Shown here in pieces: positions 38,927-49,151 of a stretch of 64,000 bases of DNA. The stretch is from Candidatus Moraniibacteriota bacterium (GTDB lineage Bacteria; Patescibacteriota; Minisyncoccia; Moranbacterales; UBA9337). A program made the position numbers and the translations under genes. The notes under the pieces were generated by a model. The model was not told the origin of the DNA and ran no database searches. It worked only from the letters and a program-made list of their open reading frames with translations. Location of the stretch: positions 7,795 through 71,794 of the forward strand of contig JBAQFQ010000010.1 of the NCBI GenBank assembly GCA_049287345.1, read 5' to 3'. Every line of letters begins with the position of its first letter. The stretch's first letter is position 1.

Positions 38927-39406
38927 TTATTTAACTTTTTTCTTAGTTTCCTTTTTAACTACCTCATCAGCAGTTTCTATCTTTCCACCCATTTTTCCAA
39001 TCGCCTCAACTGCAGCCCCAGAAACTAAAATGTCTTTAGCAATCACAACTTTATTCTTAAACTCTCCACTAGCTAAAATCTTTACTCCATTTTTAATTTC
39101 ACTTTTTCTGAAAATTCCCTTTTCCACCAAAGTTTTTTGACTAATCACTTCGTCATTAGCAAAAAATTTATCAATTTGACCCAATTTAAAAATGTTTTTC
39201 TTTGGAGTAATAGCTTTAAAACCACGCACCTTCTTTAATCTTTCCAATAAAGAAGTGCTTCCTCCTTGAAACAATGGATCAACATTACCGCCAGATCTGG
39301 CTTTTTGTCCCTTGTTACCTTTACCAGAATAAGTACCGCGCTTACCACCTCGCCCAATTCGTTTGCGATTCTTTTTCGGTTTTACTTTTAATTCATGTAT
39401 TTGCAT
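38927..39406 (-). CDS. rplO: 50S ribosomal protein L15
   Basis: ATG at 39406 (MQIHELK...GRGGKRGTYSGKGNKGQKARSG); the track start at 39448 is TTG and would overlap rpsE. Confidence 0.9.
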   Translation of the reverse strand: MQIHELKVKPKKNRKRIGRGGKRGTYSGKGNKGQKARSGGNVDPLFQGGSTSLLERLKKVRGFKAITPKKNIFKLGQIDKFFANDEVISQKTLVEKGIFRKSEIKNGVKILASGEFKNKVVIAKDILVSGAAVEAIGKMGGKIETADEVVKKETKKKVK

Positions 39407-39425
39407 ACCTTTAAATTTATAGTTA

Positions 39426-39917
39426 TTAGGCTTGAGCTTTAATCTCAAATTCTTTCAAAGCCTTAATTGTAGCCCTAGCTACATTTAATTTATTAGATGT
39501 TCCCAATGATTTAGAAACAATATCCTTAATTCCAGCTAAATCTACTACTGCTCGCACAGCTCCACCAGCAACAATTCCTCTTCCTTCTTTTGCTGGCTTT
39601 ACCATGATCTTAGCACTTCCCATTTTTACACTCATATCATAAGCGATTGTTCCTTTGCTAATATCAATAGTAATCATGGATTTCTTAGCATCATTAACTG
39701 CCTTACCGATAGCATTAGAAACATCCGGTCCCTTTCCTACTCCTACACCCACACGACCTTTTCTATCACCGATAACCATTGTTGCTCTAAAGCTAAAACG
39801 ACGACCACCTTTAACCACACGAGTTACTCGAGCTAAGTCCAAAAGCTTCTGCTCAAATTCAGGTTTTTCTCGCTTCTTTTTATCTGATCTAAATTTTTTT
39901 GATTTGTCATCATTCAT
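39426..39917 (-). CDS. rpsE: 30S ribosomal protein S5
   Basis: S5 dsRBD and C-terminal domain signature. The following gene is rplO directly; no rpmD (L30). Confidence 0.93.
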   Translation of the reverse strand: MNDDKSKKFRSDKKKREKPEFEQKLLDLARVTRVVKGGRRFSFRATMVIGDRKGRVGVGVGKGPDVSNAIGKAVNDAKKSMITIDISKGTIAYDMSVKMGSAKIMVKPAKEGRGIVAGGAVRAVVDLAGIKDIVSKSLGTSNKLNVARATIKALKEFEIKAQA

Positions 39918-39957
39918 AATTTTTTGTAGTCTCCAAATATTTTAACAAAAATGTAAA

Positions 39958-40302
39958 TTAAAATTTAAGACCCTCTTCTCTCATTGCATCCGCTAGAGCC
40001 TTTACCTTACCATGATATCTATATCCACTTCTATCGAAAACAATTTGTCCAATTTTTAATTCCTTACACTTATCAGCCATTGCTTTTCCAACCTTCTTAG
40101 CGCCCTCAACAGTTGCGCCTGCTTTTAAAGATTTAGCACTAGCGGCAGCCAAGGTCATCCCTCGCTCATCATCAATTAACTGAGCATAGACATCACTTAA
40201 ACTTCTAAAAATCGCTAAACGAGGACAGGTAGCTGTACCTGAAACTTTAGCTCTTATTCGTCTCTTTCTGTGCAATCGTTTGTTGTTTCTACTAATAATC
40301 AT
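39958..40302 (-). CDS. rplR: 50S ribosomal protein L18
   Basis: L18 signature. Confidence 0.9.
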   Translation of the reverse strand: MIISRNNKRLHRKRRIRAKVSGTATCPRLAIFRSLSDVYAQLIDDERGMTLAAASAKSLKAGATVEGAKKVGKAMADKCKELKIGQIVFDRSGYRYHGKVKALADAMREEGLKF

Positions 40303-40366
40303 ATAATAATTTTATCTAAATAATTTCTTTATTGAAAATATCTTTGATTCATTTTAATTTTCCTCC

Positions 40367-40903
40367 TTAGGAAGAAGCTTTCTTACCTTCTTTTCTTCTA
40401 ACAATTTCTCCAGCATATCTAAATCCTTTACCCTTATAAGGTTCTACTGGTTTTAGAGCACGAATTTCTGAAGCAAACTGACCAACTACCTGCTTATCAA
40501 TACCTGAAATAGTAAGTGTATTATTTTCCACTTTCGCCTCTAAGCCTTCTATTATCTCCACTTCTACTGGATGAGAAAAACCTAATGCTAGTTTGATCTT
40601 TTTTCCAACAACTTCCATTCTAAATCCCACACCATTCAATTCTAGAATCTTTGAAAAACCATTGGAAACACCCTCCACCATATTACCAATCAGACGATTA
40701 GTAGTTCCCCACATAGCACTAGCTTTCTTACTACTGTTATTTCTATCCACAGCAATAAGATTATCCTTTATCTCCACTTTTACATCATGAAGAATCACTA
40801 GTTCTAATTTTCCCTTAGGACCAGAAACAACAATTTTGTTGTCCACCATTTCTACGGTTACGCCCTGAGGTATTTCAACTGGTTTTTTACCTATTCTACT
40901 CAT
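40367..40903 (-). CDS. rplF: 50S ribosomal protein L6
   Basis: Two L6 alpha/beta domains. Confidence 0.93.
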   Translation of the reverse strand: MSRIGKKPVEIPQGVTVEMVDNKIVVSGPKGKLELVILHDVKVEIKDNLIAVDRNNSSKKASAMWGTTNRLIGNMVEGVSNGFSKILELNGVGFRMEVVGKKIKLALGFSHPVEVEIIEGLEAKVENNTLTISGIDKQVVGQFASEIRALKPVEPYKGKGFRYAGEIVRRKEGKKASS

Positions 40904-41066
40904 TTAATCATGAAACATACGCCATGGAACACAAAACATTTCTGTCGATATTCCACATACCTATGTGTGTATTATATAATTTTTATCAACTCCTTATTCT
41001 AAACTATTTTTCCATACTTAGCAACCCCACCCGCATTAATCTATCCGTGTCATTTGCATCGTATGT

Positions 41067-41474
41067 TTACCAAACTTCACAAATCAATTCTCCACCCACT
41101 CCATTTTTTCGAGCTTCTTCTCCAGTAACAACACCCTTAGAAGTCGATAAAATTGCGATACCCATGCCATTCTTTACTCTGCGAATATCTTCCTTACTTA
41201 CATAGATTCTCTGACCTTCCTTGCTAACTCGCTTAATTGATCGAATAGCTGGAACTACATCTTTGGTTCCCTCTTTACTGTAATATTTCAAATCAACCTT
41301 GATTACATCAAATTTTCCATCCTTTAACTCAGTCACTTGCTTAACGAATTCACTTTTCAATAACACACTCGCAATAGCTTTTTTAAGTTTTGAACTAGAA
41401 AAAACAACCTCGCTGTGTCCAGCCATCTGTGCATTTCTTATTCTAGTTAACATTTCACTAATTGGATCTAACAT
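41067..41474 (-). CDS. rpsH: 30S ribosomal protein S8
   Basis: MLDPISEMLTRIRNA N-terminus. Confidence 0.93.
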   Translation of the reverse strand: MLDPISEMLTRIRNAQMAGHSEVVFSSSKLKKAIASVLLKSEFVKQVTELKDGKFDVIKVDLKYYSKEGTKDVVPAIRSIKRVSKEGQRIYVSKEDIRRVKNGMGIAILSTSKGVVTGEEARKNGVGGELICEVW

Positions 41475-41541
41475 ATACTTCGTTTAATTAAAGTTAATTC
41501 AATAATTATATTTATACTTATTTATCTCTCAAATTTTATTC

Positions 41542-41727
41542 CTACCAACTACTCTTTCTTACACCCGGGATTTCTCCATTACTCGCTAATTCACGAAAAC
41601 AAATTCGGCAAATATCAAATTTACGCATATAGCCTCTTTTTCTTCCACACTTCCAACAACGTCGCACTTCTCGAGTGGAAAATTTTGGAGTCTTTTTGGA
41701 TTTAGCAATTACTGATTTTTTTGCCAT
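41542..41727 (-). CDS. rpsZ: 30S ribosomal protein S14, zinc-binding Z-type
   Basis: 61 aa with [10 protein letters not shown]...CRICFRE zinc ribbon. Confidence 0.93.
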   Translation of the reverse strand: MAKKSVIAKSKKTPKFSTREVRRCWKCGRKRGYMRKFDICRICFRELASNGEIPGVRKSSW

Positions 41728-41784
41728 ATTATTATTTATCTAAATTATCTTATAATAAAAAATTAATTAATATCTATATTTAAA

Positions 41785-42336
41785 TTATTTCTTCTCCTGC
41801 AAAGGAAATCCCAACAATCTAAATAACATATCTCCCTCTGCTTGAGTCTTTGCATTAGTCGCCACATTAACCTGTAGACCAAAAATGAATTTTGCATCTT
41901 CAGCGGAAATTTCCGGAAAAACGATGTGCTCTTTGATTCCCAAATTCAAATCCCCCTCTTTGCTAACACTACTAGCCTTAACACCTTGGAAATCTCGAGT
42001 TCGAGGATAAACAACATTATTTAATCTATCAATAAAATCCCACATTCTTGGACCTCTTAGAGTTACCTTTATACCAACCTCTGCACCTTCCCTAACCTTA
42101 AAACCAGAAATAGATTTCTTAGCCTTGGTCATAAGTGGGTTTTGTCCGGTAATCACGCGCATTGTTTCCACCATATCATTGATTTTTTCCTTTTCTTTTC
42201 CTAGCTTACCGATACCAATATTAACTACCACTTTCTTAATCACTGGGATTGATAGCTTATTTTTATAGCCAAAAGCCTCCTTAAGTTTTGGTGCAACAAT
42301 TTCTTGATATTTAGTTTTAGAACTAATAATTTTCAT
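41785..42336 (-). CDS. rplE: 50S ribosomal protein L5
   Basis: L5 signature. Confidence 0.93.
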   Translation of the reverse strand: MKIISSKTKYQEIVAPKLKEAFGYKNKLSIPVIKKVVVNIGIGKLGKEKEKINDMVETMRVITGQNPLMTKAKKSISGFKVREGAEVGIKVTLRGPRMWDFIDRLNNVVYPRTRDFQGVKASSVSKEGDLNLGIKEHIVFPEISAEDAKFIFGLQVNVATNAKTQAEGDMLFRLLGFPLQEKK

Positions 42337-42407
42337 AATGATATGGACCCTCTAATCTAAACTAATCTTCTTAACTAATTAGCTTTAAATTTGATTTATA
42401 ACTTAAC

Positions 42408-42716
42408 TTATATATTTTTCTTACATTTTTTACAAACTCTGCTTTTTTCACCGCTCTCATCAATCGCATAACCCACTCGAGTCTCTTTACCACATTTAGG
42501 ACAAATCAACATCGCATTAGAGACATCAATCGGCACAGCAATCTCCACTCTTTGTCCCTTTTCTCCATCTTTCTTAGGGCGCACATGCTTTTTGATTATA
42601 TTAATACCCTCTACCACAATCTTGCCATCTGATTTAATAATATTCAAAACTTTGCCATTCTTTCCAGCATCTTTTCCGGCAATAATTTTTACTTTGTCAT
42701 TTTTTTTAATTCTCAT
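42408..42716 (-). CDS. rplX: 50S ribosomal protein L24 with a C-terminal C4 zinc-ribbon extension
   Basis: KOW domain N-terminus; CPKC...CKKC at the C-terminus. Confidence 0.88.
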   Translation of the reverse strand: MRIKKNDKVKIIAGKDAGKNGKVLNIIKSDGKIVVEGINIIKKHVRPKKDGEKGQRVEIAVPIDVSNAMLICPKCGKETRVGYAIDESGEKSRVCKKCKKNI

Positions 42717-42824
42717 GTTATTCTGTACTAATTACTAATTTTTTACTAATATACTAATCATCATCCATTTTTTTCCTACCACATTCGTATATTCGTATTT
42801 TATTCGTAATTCGTAAATATTAAT

Positions 42825-43190
42825 TTACAATACCTCTGGTGCTAATGAAGCAATTTTATTAAATCCTCGCTCCTTAACTTCTCTAGCAATTGGGCCAAAA
42901 ATTCTACTTCCTTTAGGCTCAGTTCCATCTACTATCACAGCAGCATTTTCATCAAAGCGGATATATGAACCATCTTTTCGCTTCAAACTCTTTACCTGAC
43001 GCACAATTACAGCCTTTACCTTATCACCCTTCTTAACTGAACCTCTTGGCTCAGAAGATTTAACAGAGGCTACAATAATATCGCCCACGTAGGCATATCT
43101 CTTTCGAGAACCGCCCAATACCTTGAAACATTCGATTATTTTAGCGCCGGTATTGTCAGCTACTCTTAATTTTGATTCTGATTGTATCAT
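42825..43190 (-). CDS. rplN: 50S ribosomal protein L14
   Basis: [17 protein letters not shown] signature. Confidence 0.95.
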   Translation of the reverse strand: MIQSESKLRVADNTGAKIIECFKVLGGSRKRYAYVGDIIVASVKSSEPRGSVKKGDKVKAVIVRQVKSLKRKDGSYIRFDENAAVIVDGTEPKGSRIFGPIAREVKERGFNKIASLAPEVL

Positions 43191-43283
43191 AATTATATAA
43201 AACTCTAGTCTACACTAATTATCTTGAATTTATTCGTGATTATTAGTGGGTAAATTCGAGCCTGCTTTGTGATTTAAATCATT

Positions 43284-43529
43284 TTATAAGACTTGGAATG
43301 TCTTATTCTTACTTATCGGCTTAGTACTAAAAAATTCTACCTTATCTCCAATCTTATACTTATTCGTCTCATCATGCACGTGATATTTTTTAGTTGATCT
43401 ATATTTTTTCAGATATTTTGGGTCTGTCTTGAAGGTCTCTACAGCCACAACAATGGTTTTATCCATTTTGTCACTCACTACCACCCCAACAATAGTCTTT
43501 TTCAATTTTTCTACTTTTTTCTCTGTCAT
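43284..43529 (-). CDS. rpsQ: 30S ribosomal protein S17
   Basis: S17 OB fold. Confidence 0.9.
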   Translation of the reverse strand: MTEKKVEKLKKTIVGVVVSDKMDKTIVVAVETFKTDPKYLKKYRSTKKYHVHDETNKYKIGDKVEFFSTKPISKNKTFQVL

Positions 43530-43540
43530 AATTGCTTTAA

Positions 43541-43732
43541 TTATATATTATTTTTCTCTCTTATCACTGTTAAAATTCTAGCTACTTCCCGTTTGGCATT
43601 TCTTAATTCTCGATGATTCTTTGCCTGCTTTACAGAGACATCAAACATTAAGCTTTGAGTTAAGGATCTCTTTTCACTAAGATCTTTCCCCAATTCATTA
43701 ATATTTTTTTCTCTTAATTCTTTAGTCTTCAT
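43541..43732 (-). CDS. rpmC: 50S ribosomal protein L29
   Basis: 63-aa helical protein in the conserved position. Confidence 0.85.
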   Translation of the reverse strand: MKTKELREKNINELGKDLSEKRSLTQSLMFDVSVKQAKNHRELRNAKREVARILTVIREKNNI

Positions 43733-43794
43733 AATTATATAAATTTATCTTTTTTTCTAAATAAGTTTTTTACCTGGAAATCTAGCTATTTCAA

Positions 43795-44208
43795 TTAATT
43801 CTTTTCAATAAACTTGGTTTTAATGCCTAGCTTATGAGCAGCTAACTGCATCGCCTTTTTTGCCAACTCCTTATCCACACCATCCATCTCAAACATTACT
43901 TTCCCGGGTCTAATTTTGGCAACATAATGGTCAACTGATCCTTTACCTTTACCCATCGGCACTTCATCTCCTTTTTTAGTCATCGGTTTATCAGAAAAAA
44001 TTCTAATCCAAATTTTACCACCTCTTTGAATATGTCGAGTCATCGCCCGTCTAGCTGATTCAATTTGTCTAGCGGAGATCAATCCACCCTCCATAGCTTT
44101 TAGTCCATAAGTACCAAAACTAACTTTACTACCTCTAGTAGTTTCACCTTTAATTGGACCACCACGGTGGATTTTTCTATGCTTAACTTTTCTCGGCATT
44201 AATAACAT
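43795..44208 (-). CDS. rplP: 50S ribosomal protein L16
   Basis: [12 protein letters not shown] signature. Confidence 0.93.
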   Translation of the reverse strand: MLLMPRKVKHRKIHRGGPIKGETTRGSKVSFGTYGLKAMEGGLISARQIESARRAMTRHIQRGGKIWIRIFSDKPMTKKGDEVPMGKGKGSVDHYVAKIRPGKVMFEMDGVDKELAKKAMQLAAHKLGIKTKFIEKN

Positions 44209-44250
44209 ATATTTACAAAAATTTTAAATTTTAAATTTCAAATTTTAAAC

Positions 44251-44892
44251 TTACTCAAATACTTCTCCCTTATAAATCCAGACCTTTACACCAATAGCTC
44301 CATAGGTAGTTCGAGCTGTTGCTCGAGAAAAATCTATATCAGCTCTCAATGTTTGAAGAGGGATTGTTCCTTTGGATAACCATTCTTTTCTAGACATTTC
44401 TGCTCCACCCAATCTACCGGAAACTTCAACCTTTATACCTTTTACAATCTTATTTTTTTCAGATTGTTCCAAAGTTGTTTTCAAAATTCTTCGAAAGGGA
44501 ACTCTTTTTTCTAATTGCTCAGCTACTTGTTGAGCAACGATTGAGGCATTTGCATCAAAATCTTTAACCTCGCGAATATCAATCTTAATCACCAATCGAC
44601 TACCTGAAAAAAATTCTTTCTTAACTGCTCGACTGATATCTTCAATACCACTACCGCCTCTACCAATTAAAACCCCAGGGCGAGAAGTTAATATTATTAT
44701 TTTCATGTCATTCTCAGATCTTTCAATCTCAACATCTGAAATAGAAGCTTGCTTCCATTTCTTCATAATAAAACCTCTAACACTCACATCCTCTCTTAAA
44801 TTTCTAGCAGAATTCTTTCCACCAAACCATCTAGAGCGCCATGTTGTTGTGATTCCGATTCTGAAACCCCTTGGATTAACTTTTTGTCCCAT
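44251..44892 (-). CDS. rpsC: 30S ribosomal protein S3
   Basis: MGQKVNPRGFR start, KH domain. ATG at 44892; the track start at 44910 is TTG. Confidence 0.93.
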   Translation of the reverse strand: MGQKVNPRGFRIGITTTWRSRWFGGKNSARNLREDVSVRGFIMKKWKQASISDVEIERSENDMKIIILTSRPGVLIGRGGSGIEDISRAVKKEFFSGSRLVIKIDIREVKDFDANASIVAQQVAEQLEKRVPFRRILKTTLEQSEKNKIVKGIKVEVSGRLGGAEMSRKEWLSKGTIPLQTLRADIDFSRATARTTYGAIGVKVWIYKGEVFE

Positions 44893-44995
44893 AAATATAT
44901 AATTCTCCAATCTCCACTAATTTTTCTCTAATTATCTCTAATGACTTCGTGATTATTAGTGAATAGATTCGAGGTTTGATTTGCGACTTAAATCA

Positions 44996-45826
44996 TTATT
45001 TCTTAATTCTTCTTTTTACAATAAATTTATTACTATATTTCTTCTTCTTTCTGGTCTTTTTCCCTAAGGCAATCTTTCCCCAAGGAGTCTTTGGATATTT
45101 CAATCCAACCCCTTGTTTTCCTTCTCCACCTCCATGTGGATGATCAACTGGATTCATAGCACTACCTCTAACAGCTGGGCGTTTACCTAACCAGCGTCCT
45201 CTTCCAGCTTTACCAATTTTTTCTACACCATGCTCGAAATTACTTACCTGACCAATCGTAGCATAACATTCACTATTAACTAATCTAATTTCGCCAGAAG
45301 ACATTTTCAATTGAGCTTTCTTACCATCTAGACCCATCAACAATACTCTCGCACCAGCACTTCTAGCCATTTGCCCACCTTTTCCAATAGTCAATTCTAT
45401 ATTACATAATGTTGTGCCTACTGGAATATTTTTCATCTGCATTCGGTTTCCATTATCAAAGCTAGCTATCGTATCAGCGACAATGGTTTTTCCAACCATC
45501 ATTCCCTCGGAAGCTATAATATATCTTTTTTCTCCGTCAGCATAAGATATCAAAGCTAGTAAAGCTGAACGATTAGGATCTTTTTCAATTGCAACAATTT
45601 TTCCCAATACACCCAATTTATCCTGCTTAAAATCAACGATTCGGTATTTTCTTTTATGTCCGCCTCCTTTATGACGTACAGATATTTTACCAGCTGATCT
45701 TCCTGATTTCTTACTCAAACCAACCAGCAAAGATTTCTCTGGTTTTTTCTTGGTAACGCCCTCAGGTTTTATCACGGACATATTTCTTCGTCCGGCTGCG
45801 TTTCTTTTGTAAACTTTGATTGCCAT
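44996..45826 (-). CDS. rplB: 50S ribosomal protein L2, in a non-canonical position between rplV and rpsC
   Basis: L2 signature including GGGEGKQG. Confidence 0.95.
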   Translation of the reverse strand: MAIKVYKRNAAGRRNMSVIKPEGVTKKKPEKSLLVGLSKKSGRSAGKISVRHKGGGHKRKYRIVDFKQDKLGVLGKIVAIEKDPNRSALLALISYADGEKRYIIASEGMMVGKTIVADTIASFDNGNRMQMKNIPVGTTLCNIELTIGKGGQMARSAGARVLLMGLDGKKAQLKMSSGEIRLVNSECYATIGQVSNFEHGVEKIGKAGRGRWLGKRPAVRGSAMNPVDHPHGGGEGKQGVGLKYPKTPWGKIALGKKTRKKKKYSNKFIVKRRIKK

Positions 45827-45914
45827 AATGATATAAATCTCTAATCTACACTAATTACTTTACTAATATTCTCTAATGTTATTCCATTTGCGACTACTTG
45901 CGCCCTATGTCAGA

Positions 45915-46463
45915 TTATACTGATTTTCTTTTAAACATTTTCTTACCCCAGCCCTTCTCACGACTTTCCTTTTTCTTGGCTTCTACTTTATAGTGAGCTC
46001 GCTTATTAGCTCCACCTATTGTCTTTTTAGTTTCTTTAACTTTTTCCACAGTCTCCTCACTGCCCTCAGTTTTGTCCACAGCTTCTACTTTCTTAACTGA
46101 TTTACTTTTCTTTGCAACTTTTCCAGTAACTGCTTCCCCTTCTAAGGTTATATAAACATGTGAACTTCTTTTTAATATCTCCGCCGCCCGTCCGTAAGCT
46201 CTTGGCATCCATCTCTTCATAGTGATTCCTTCTCCTACCTGAATATCAGAAATTACCAATGAATTCTTATCTAGATTGAAGTTATTTTGAGCATTATTAA
46301 CAGCACTCAATAACATTTTCTTTATAGGCTCATTAGATTTCTTTACAGTATTATCCAATCTAAAAATTGCTTCTTCAATTTTACAACCTCTAATAATATC
46401 AGCTGAAATTCTGACCTTTCTTGGTGATATTCTTAAATTCTTTAATTTTGCTTTAACCTTCAT
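45915..46463 (-). CDS. rplV: 50S ribosomal protein L22 with a Lys/Glu-rich C-terminal extension
   Basis: SPRKVR..ADIIRG, MKRWMPRAYGRA signature. Confidence 0.93.
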   Translation of the reverse strand: MKVKAKLKNLRISPRKVRISADIIRGCKIEEAIFRLDNTVKKSNEPIKKMLLSAVNNAQNNFNLDKNSLVISDIQVGEGITMKRWMPRAYGRAAEILKRSSHVYITLEGEAVTGKVAKKSKSVKKVEAVDKTEGSEETVEKVKETKKTIGGANKRAHYKVEAKKKESREKGWGKKMFKRKSV

Positions 46464-46501
46464 ATGCTATAAAATCTAATAAACTTTTATTATAAACCTC
46501 C

Positions 46502-46828
46502 TTAAGCTTTTTTAGCGGCCTTAGCTGCATCCATTTCCTTTTGTTTAGCAGCCTGCTCCAAATCTTTTTGAATCTTTCCTCCATGTCGGAAAAATGTCCG
46601 CGTAAAGGAAAATTCCCCTAGTTTATGACCTACCATTTCTTCCACTACATAAACATTTATAAATTTTCTCCCATTATAAACTCCAAAAGTATAGCCAACC
46701 ATCTCAGGAACAATAGTTGAAGATCTTGACCAGGTTTTGATCACATCCTTATCTCCAGCTTTCTTGTTCTTTATCTTATTTAATAGCTTTTCATCTATAT
46801 ATGGACCTTTTTTTAAACTTCTTGACAT
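46502..46828 (-). CDS. rpsS: 30S ribosomal protein S19
   Basis: SLKKGPYID...GHKLGEF signature. Confidence 0.95.
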   Translation of the reverse strand: MSRSLKKGPYIDEKLLNKIKNKKAGDKDVIKTWSRSSTIVPEMVGYTFGVYNGRKFINVYVVEEMVGHKLGEFSFTRTFFRHGGKIQKDLEQAAKQKEMDAAKAAKKA

Positions 46829-46923
46829 ATTTTCTGGTAACTAGCAACTGGTGATCAGTAACTAGTAAATTTCCTATTTATACTATTAAAATTATTGAAT
46901 ATTTATTCGTAAATTCTCATAAA

Positions 46924-47361
46924 TTACTCGAAAACCTCAATCTTATCTCCTTTTTTCAATGTTACGATAGCTTTCCGAATAGCAGACTTTTTTCCAGTGT
47001 ATCTACCAAACTTTCTCACCTTTTGAGGAATATTAATGATATTTACTCCAGCTACTCTAACATTATATAATTTTTCCACCGCAACCTTTGCTTCTCGCTT
47101 GGTGGTCTTGGCTCTCAATCTAAAAATATATTTACTACTATTCATCAATTCCTGAGCTTTCTCGGTTATCCATGGTCGAACAATAAATTTATAGGCCATT
47201 TGTCCATCTCCAGCTGGTTGACTCTTCTCTTCTTTTAAATCAACCTTCTTGGTTGTTTTCTTGGAAACATTTTTTTTCTTAGTCACCAAAGCATCAGTCA
47301 TCTCAGCGACTGGCTTTTCCTCAATGTTTTCTTCTTCTTTTTTCTTATTAAATAAACCCAT
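46924..47361 (-). CDS. rplW: 50S ribosomal protein L23 with an N-terminal extension of about 55 aa
   Basis: Conserved L23 core in the C-terminal 90 aa. Confidence 0.88.
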   Translation of the reverse strand: MGLFNKKKEEENIEEKPVAEMTDALVTKKKNVSKKTTKKVDLKEEKSQPAGDGQMAYKFIVRPWITEKAQELMNSSKYIFRLRAKTTKREAKVAVEKLYNVRVAGVNIINIPQKVRKFGRYTGKKSAIRKAIVTLKKGDKIEVFE

Positions 47362-47372
47362 AAAAATAAATT

Positions 47373-47996
47373 CTAATTATACTTTTTTTCTAAATATGCG
47401 ATTGACTCTTCACTTATAACCAAACTCTTATAATTTAAAATATCCAAAACATTCAAATTATCAATTGGGGTACATTTTAAATTAGCAATATTCTTTGTGT
47501 ATAGGTAAGTCTCCTTTTCTCCTTGAGCTAAATTAATCAAAATAGATCCCTTTAATTTCAAAGCTTCCAATCCTTTAACAATATCCTTAGTTTTTTTGTT
47601 GGCTGCTTCAATTTTTTCCACCACAATCAATTTTTCACTGCGGATCTTTTCACTTAAAGCCATTAGGATTGCCTTGGCGTTAGCTTTTTTATTGATCTTC
47701 TTTTTGAAATTTCTATCCTTAGTTGGTCCAAAAACGATTCCGCCACCTCTCCAAATTGGACTTCTTACTGATCCCGCTCGCGCTCTACCAGTTCCTTTTT
47801 GTTTCCAAGGCTTTTTTCCACTACCGGCTACTTCACCTCTACCCTTAGTATGAGCAATGGCGACTCTTTGGTTAGCATCCATAGAAACATAAACCTCATG
47901 TAATAGCTCCTTATTCAAAGGAACATTAAAAACATTTTCAGATAATTCAATATCCTTAACTTTTTTGCCCTCAAAATTGTATACGTTAGTTTTCAT
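47373..47996 (-). CDS. rplD: 50S ribosomal protein L4
   Basis: L4 signature. ATG at 47996 (MKTNVYNF); the track start at 48014 is TTG. Confidence 0.9.
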   Translation of the reverse strand: MKTNVYNFEGKKVKDIELSENVFNVPLNKELLHEVYVSMDANQRVAIAHTKGRGEVAGSGKKPWKQKGTGRARAGSVRSPIWRGGGIVFGPTKDRNFKKKINKKANAKAILMALSEKIRSEKLIVVEKIEAANKKTKDIVKGLEALKLKGSILINLAQGEKETYLYTKNIANLKCTPIDNLNVLDILNYKSLVISEESIAYLEKKYN

Positions 47997-48044
47997 CTTT
48001 TTAATAATTCCCAATAATAAAACTTAGCAATTCACTTTTTTTAA

Positions 48045-48617
48045 TTAAACTAGGCAAATCTGAACCATTCTTCCTACTACTCCAGGCACAGCCCCCTTAA
48101 GTCCAATTAAATTCTTATCTTTATCAATATATACTACTTTCAAATTTTTAACACTAAAATTATTTCCACCCATTCTTCCAGCCATCTTCTTTCCCTTTAA
48201 TACATGTTCAGGAAAAGCGGAACCGATAGAACCTGGGGCCCGATGATCATGTCTGTGACCATGACTAGCTGGAGAACCAGCAAATCCATGTCTTTTTACC
48301 ACACCTTGATATCCCTTACCCTTGGTTGTCCCCCTAACTATAACTTTCTCATCTATCGCAAAAGTATCCACCAAAACTTCTTTTCCTACTTCAAAGCTAG
48401 CTTTATCAGATTCTTTAATTCTAAATTCTCGAGAGACACTCTTGTCTTTCTTATTCTTAAAGCTAAGACAAACAGCATTATAGCCATCTTTTTCCTCATT
48501 TTTCAAAGACTCTATCTTGTTGGGAGTACATTCAACTAAAGTAATGTTTAAAGCACCCTTCTCATTATCATAAATGGTTGTCATTCCCACTTTTTTTCCT
48601 AATATAAACTTTGCCAT
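48045..48617 (-). CDS. rplC: 50S ribosomal protein L3
   Basis: ATG at 48617 (MAKFILGKKVGMT). Confidence 0.93.
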   Translation of the reverse strand: MAKFILGKKVGMTTIYDNEKGALNITLVECTPNKIESLKNEEKDGYNAVCLSFKNKKDKSVSREFRIKESDKASFEVGKEVLVDTFAIDEKVIVRGTTKGKGYQGVVKRHGFAGSPASHGHRHDHRAPGSIGSAFPEHVLKGKKMAGRMGGNNFSVKNLKVVYIDKDKNLIGLKGAVPGVVGRMVQICLV

Positions 48618-48772
48618 CTTAATTTTCTTAAAATTCTTAAAATATTTTACCAAACAAAAAAACTGGTCTTCACGAGCCAGTAAAAACTAAATTTTTATTA
48701 GTTTTTAAATTTTCTGGCTAGTTGAGTATCTCACGTTTTATTAAATAACGCAAGACTTTAACTAGTTGTCTA

Positions 48773-49096
48773 TTACATTTTTACTTCAATATCTACTCCT
48801 GCAGGTAAATCCAAATTAGTCAAATCATCAATTGTCTTAGTCTTAGGATTCAAAATGTCAATCAATCGCTTGTGTACTCGCATCTCATATTGATCACGTG
48901 CATCTTTATGGACAAAAGTAGACTTATTTACAGTTACCTTATGAATCTCGGTAGGTAGTGGTACTGGACCAGCTATCTGAGCACCGGATCTTAGGGCTGT
49001 TTCTATAATCTTCTTAGCTGATTGATCTATGACCTTATTGTCATAAGCTTTAATCTTGATTCTAATTCTAGATTGTACTTCTTCTTTTTTATTCAT
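48773..49096 (-). CDS. rpsJ: 30S ribosomal protein S10
   Basis: ATG at 49096 ([15 protein letters not shown]). Confidence 0.93.
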   Translation of the reverse strand: MNKKEEVQSRIRIKIKAYDNKVIDQSAKKIIETALRSGAQIAGPVPLPTEIHKVTVNKSTFVHKDARDQYEMRVHKRLIDILNPKTKTIDDLTNLDLPAGVDIEVKM

Positions 49097-49151
49097 TATA
49101 GTAATAAACTCTAACACTATTAATTTATTCCCTTTTTAAGAGAACTATTCC

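Noticed and set aside
38781-39140. Track ORF 38781..39140 (+, 119 aa) and many other antisense ORFs inside ribosomal protein, tuf, fusA and alaS genes
   Set aside because: They overlap strongly supported conserved genes on the opposite strand; low-complexity hydrophobic translations typical of AT-rich antisense frames.
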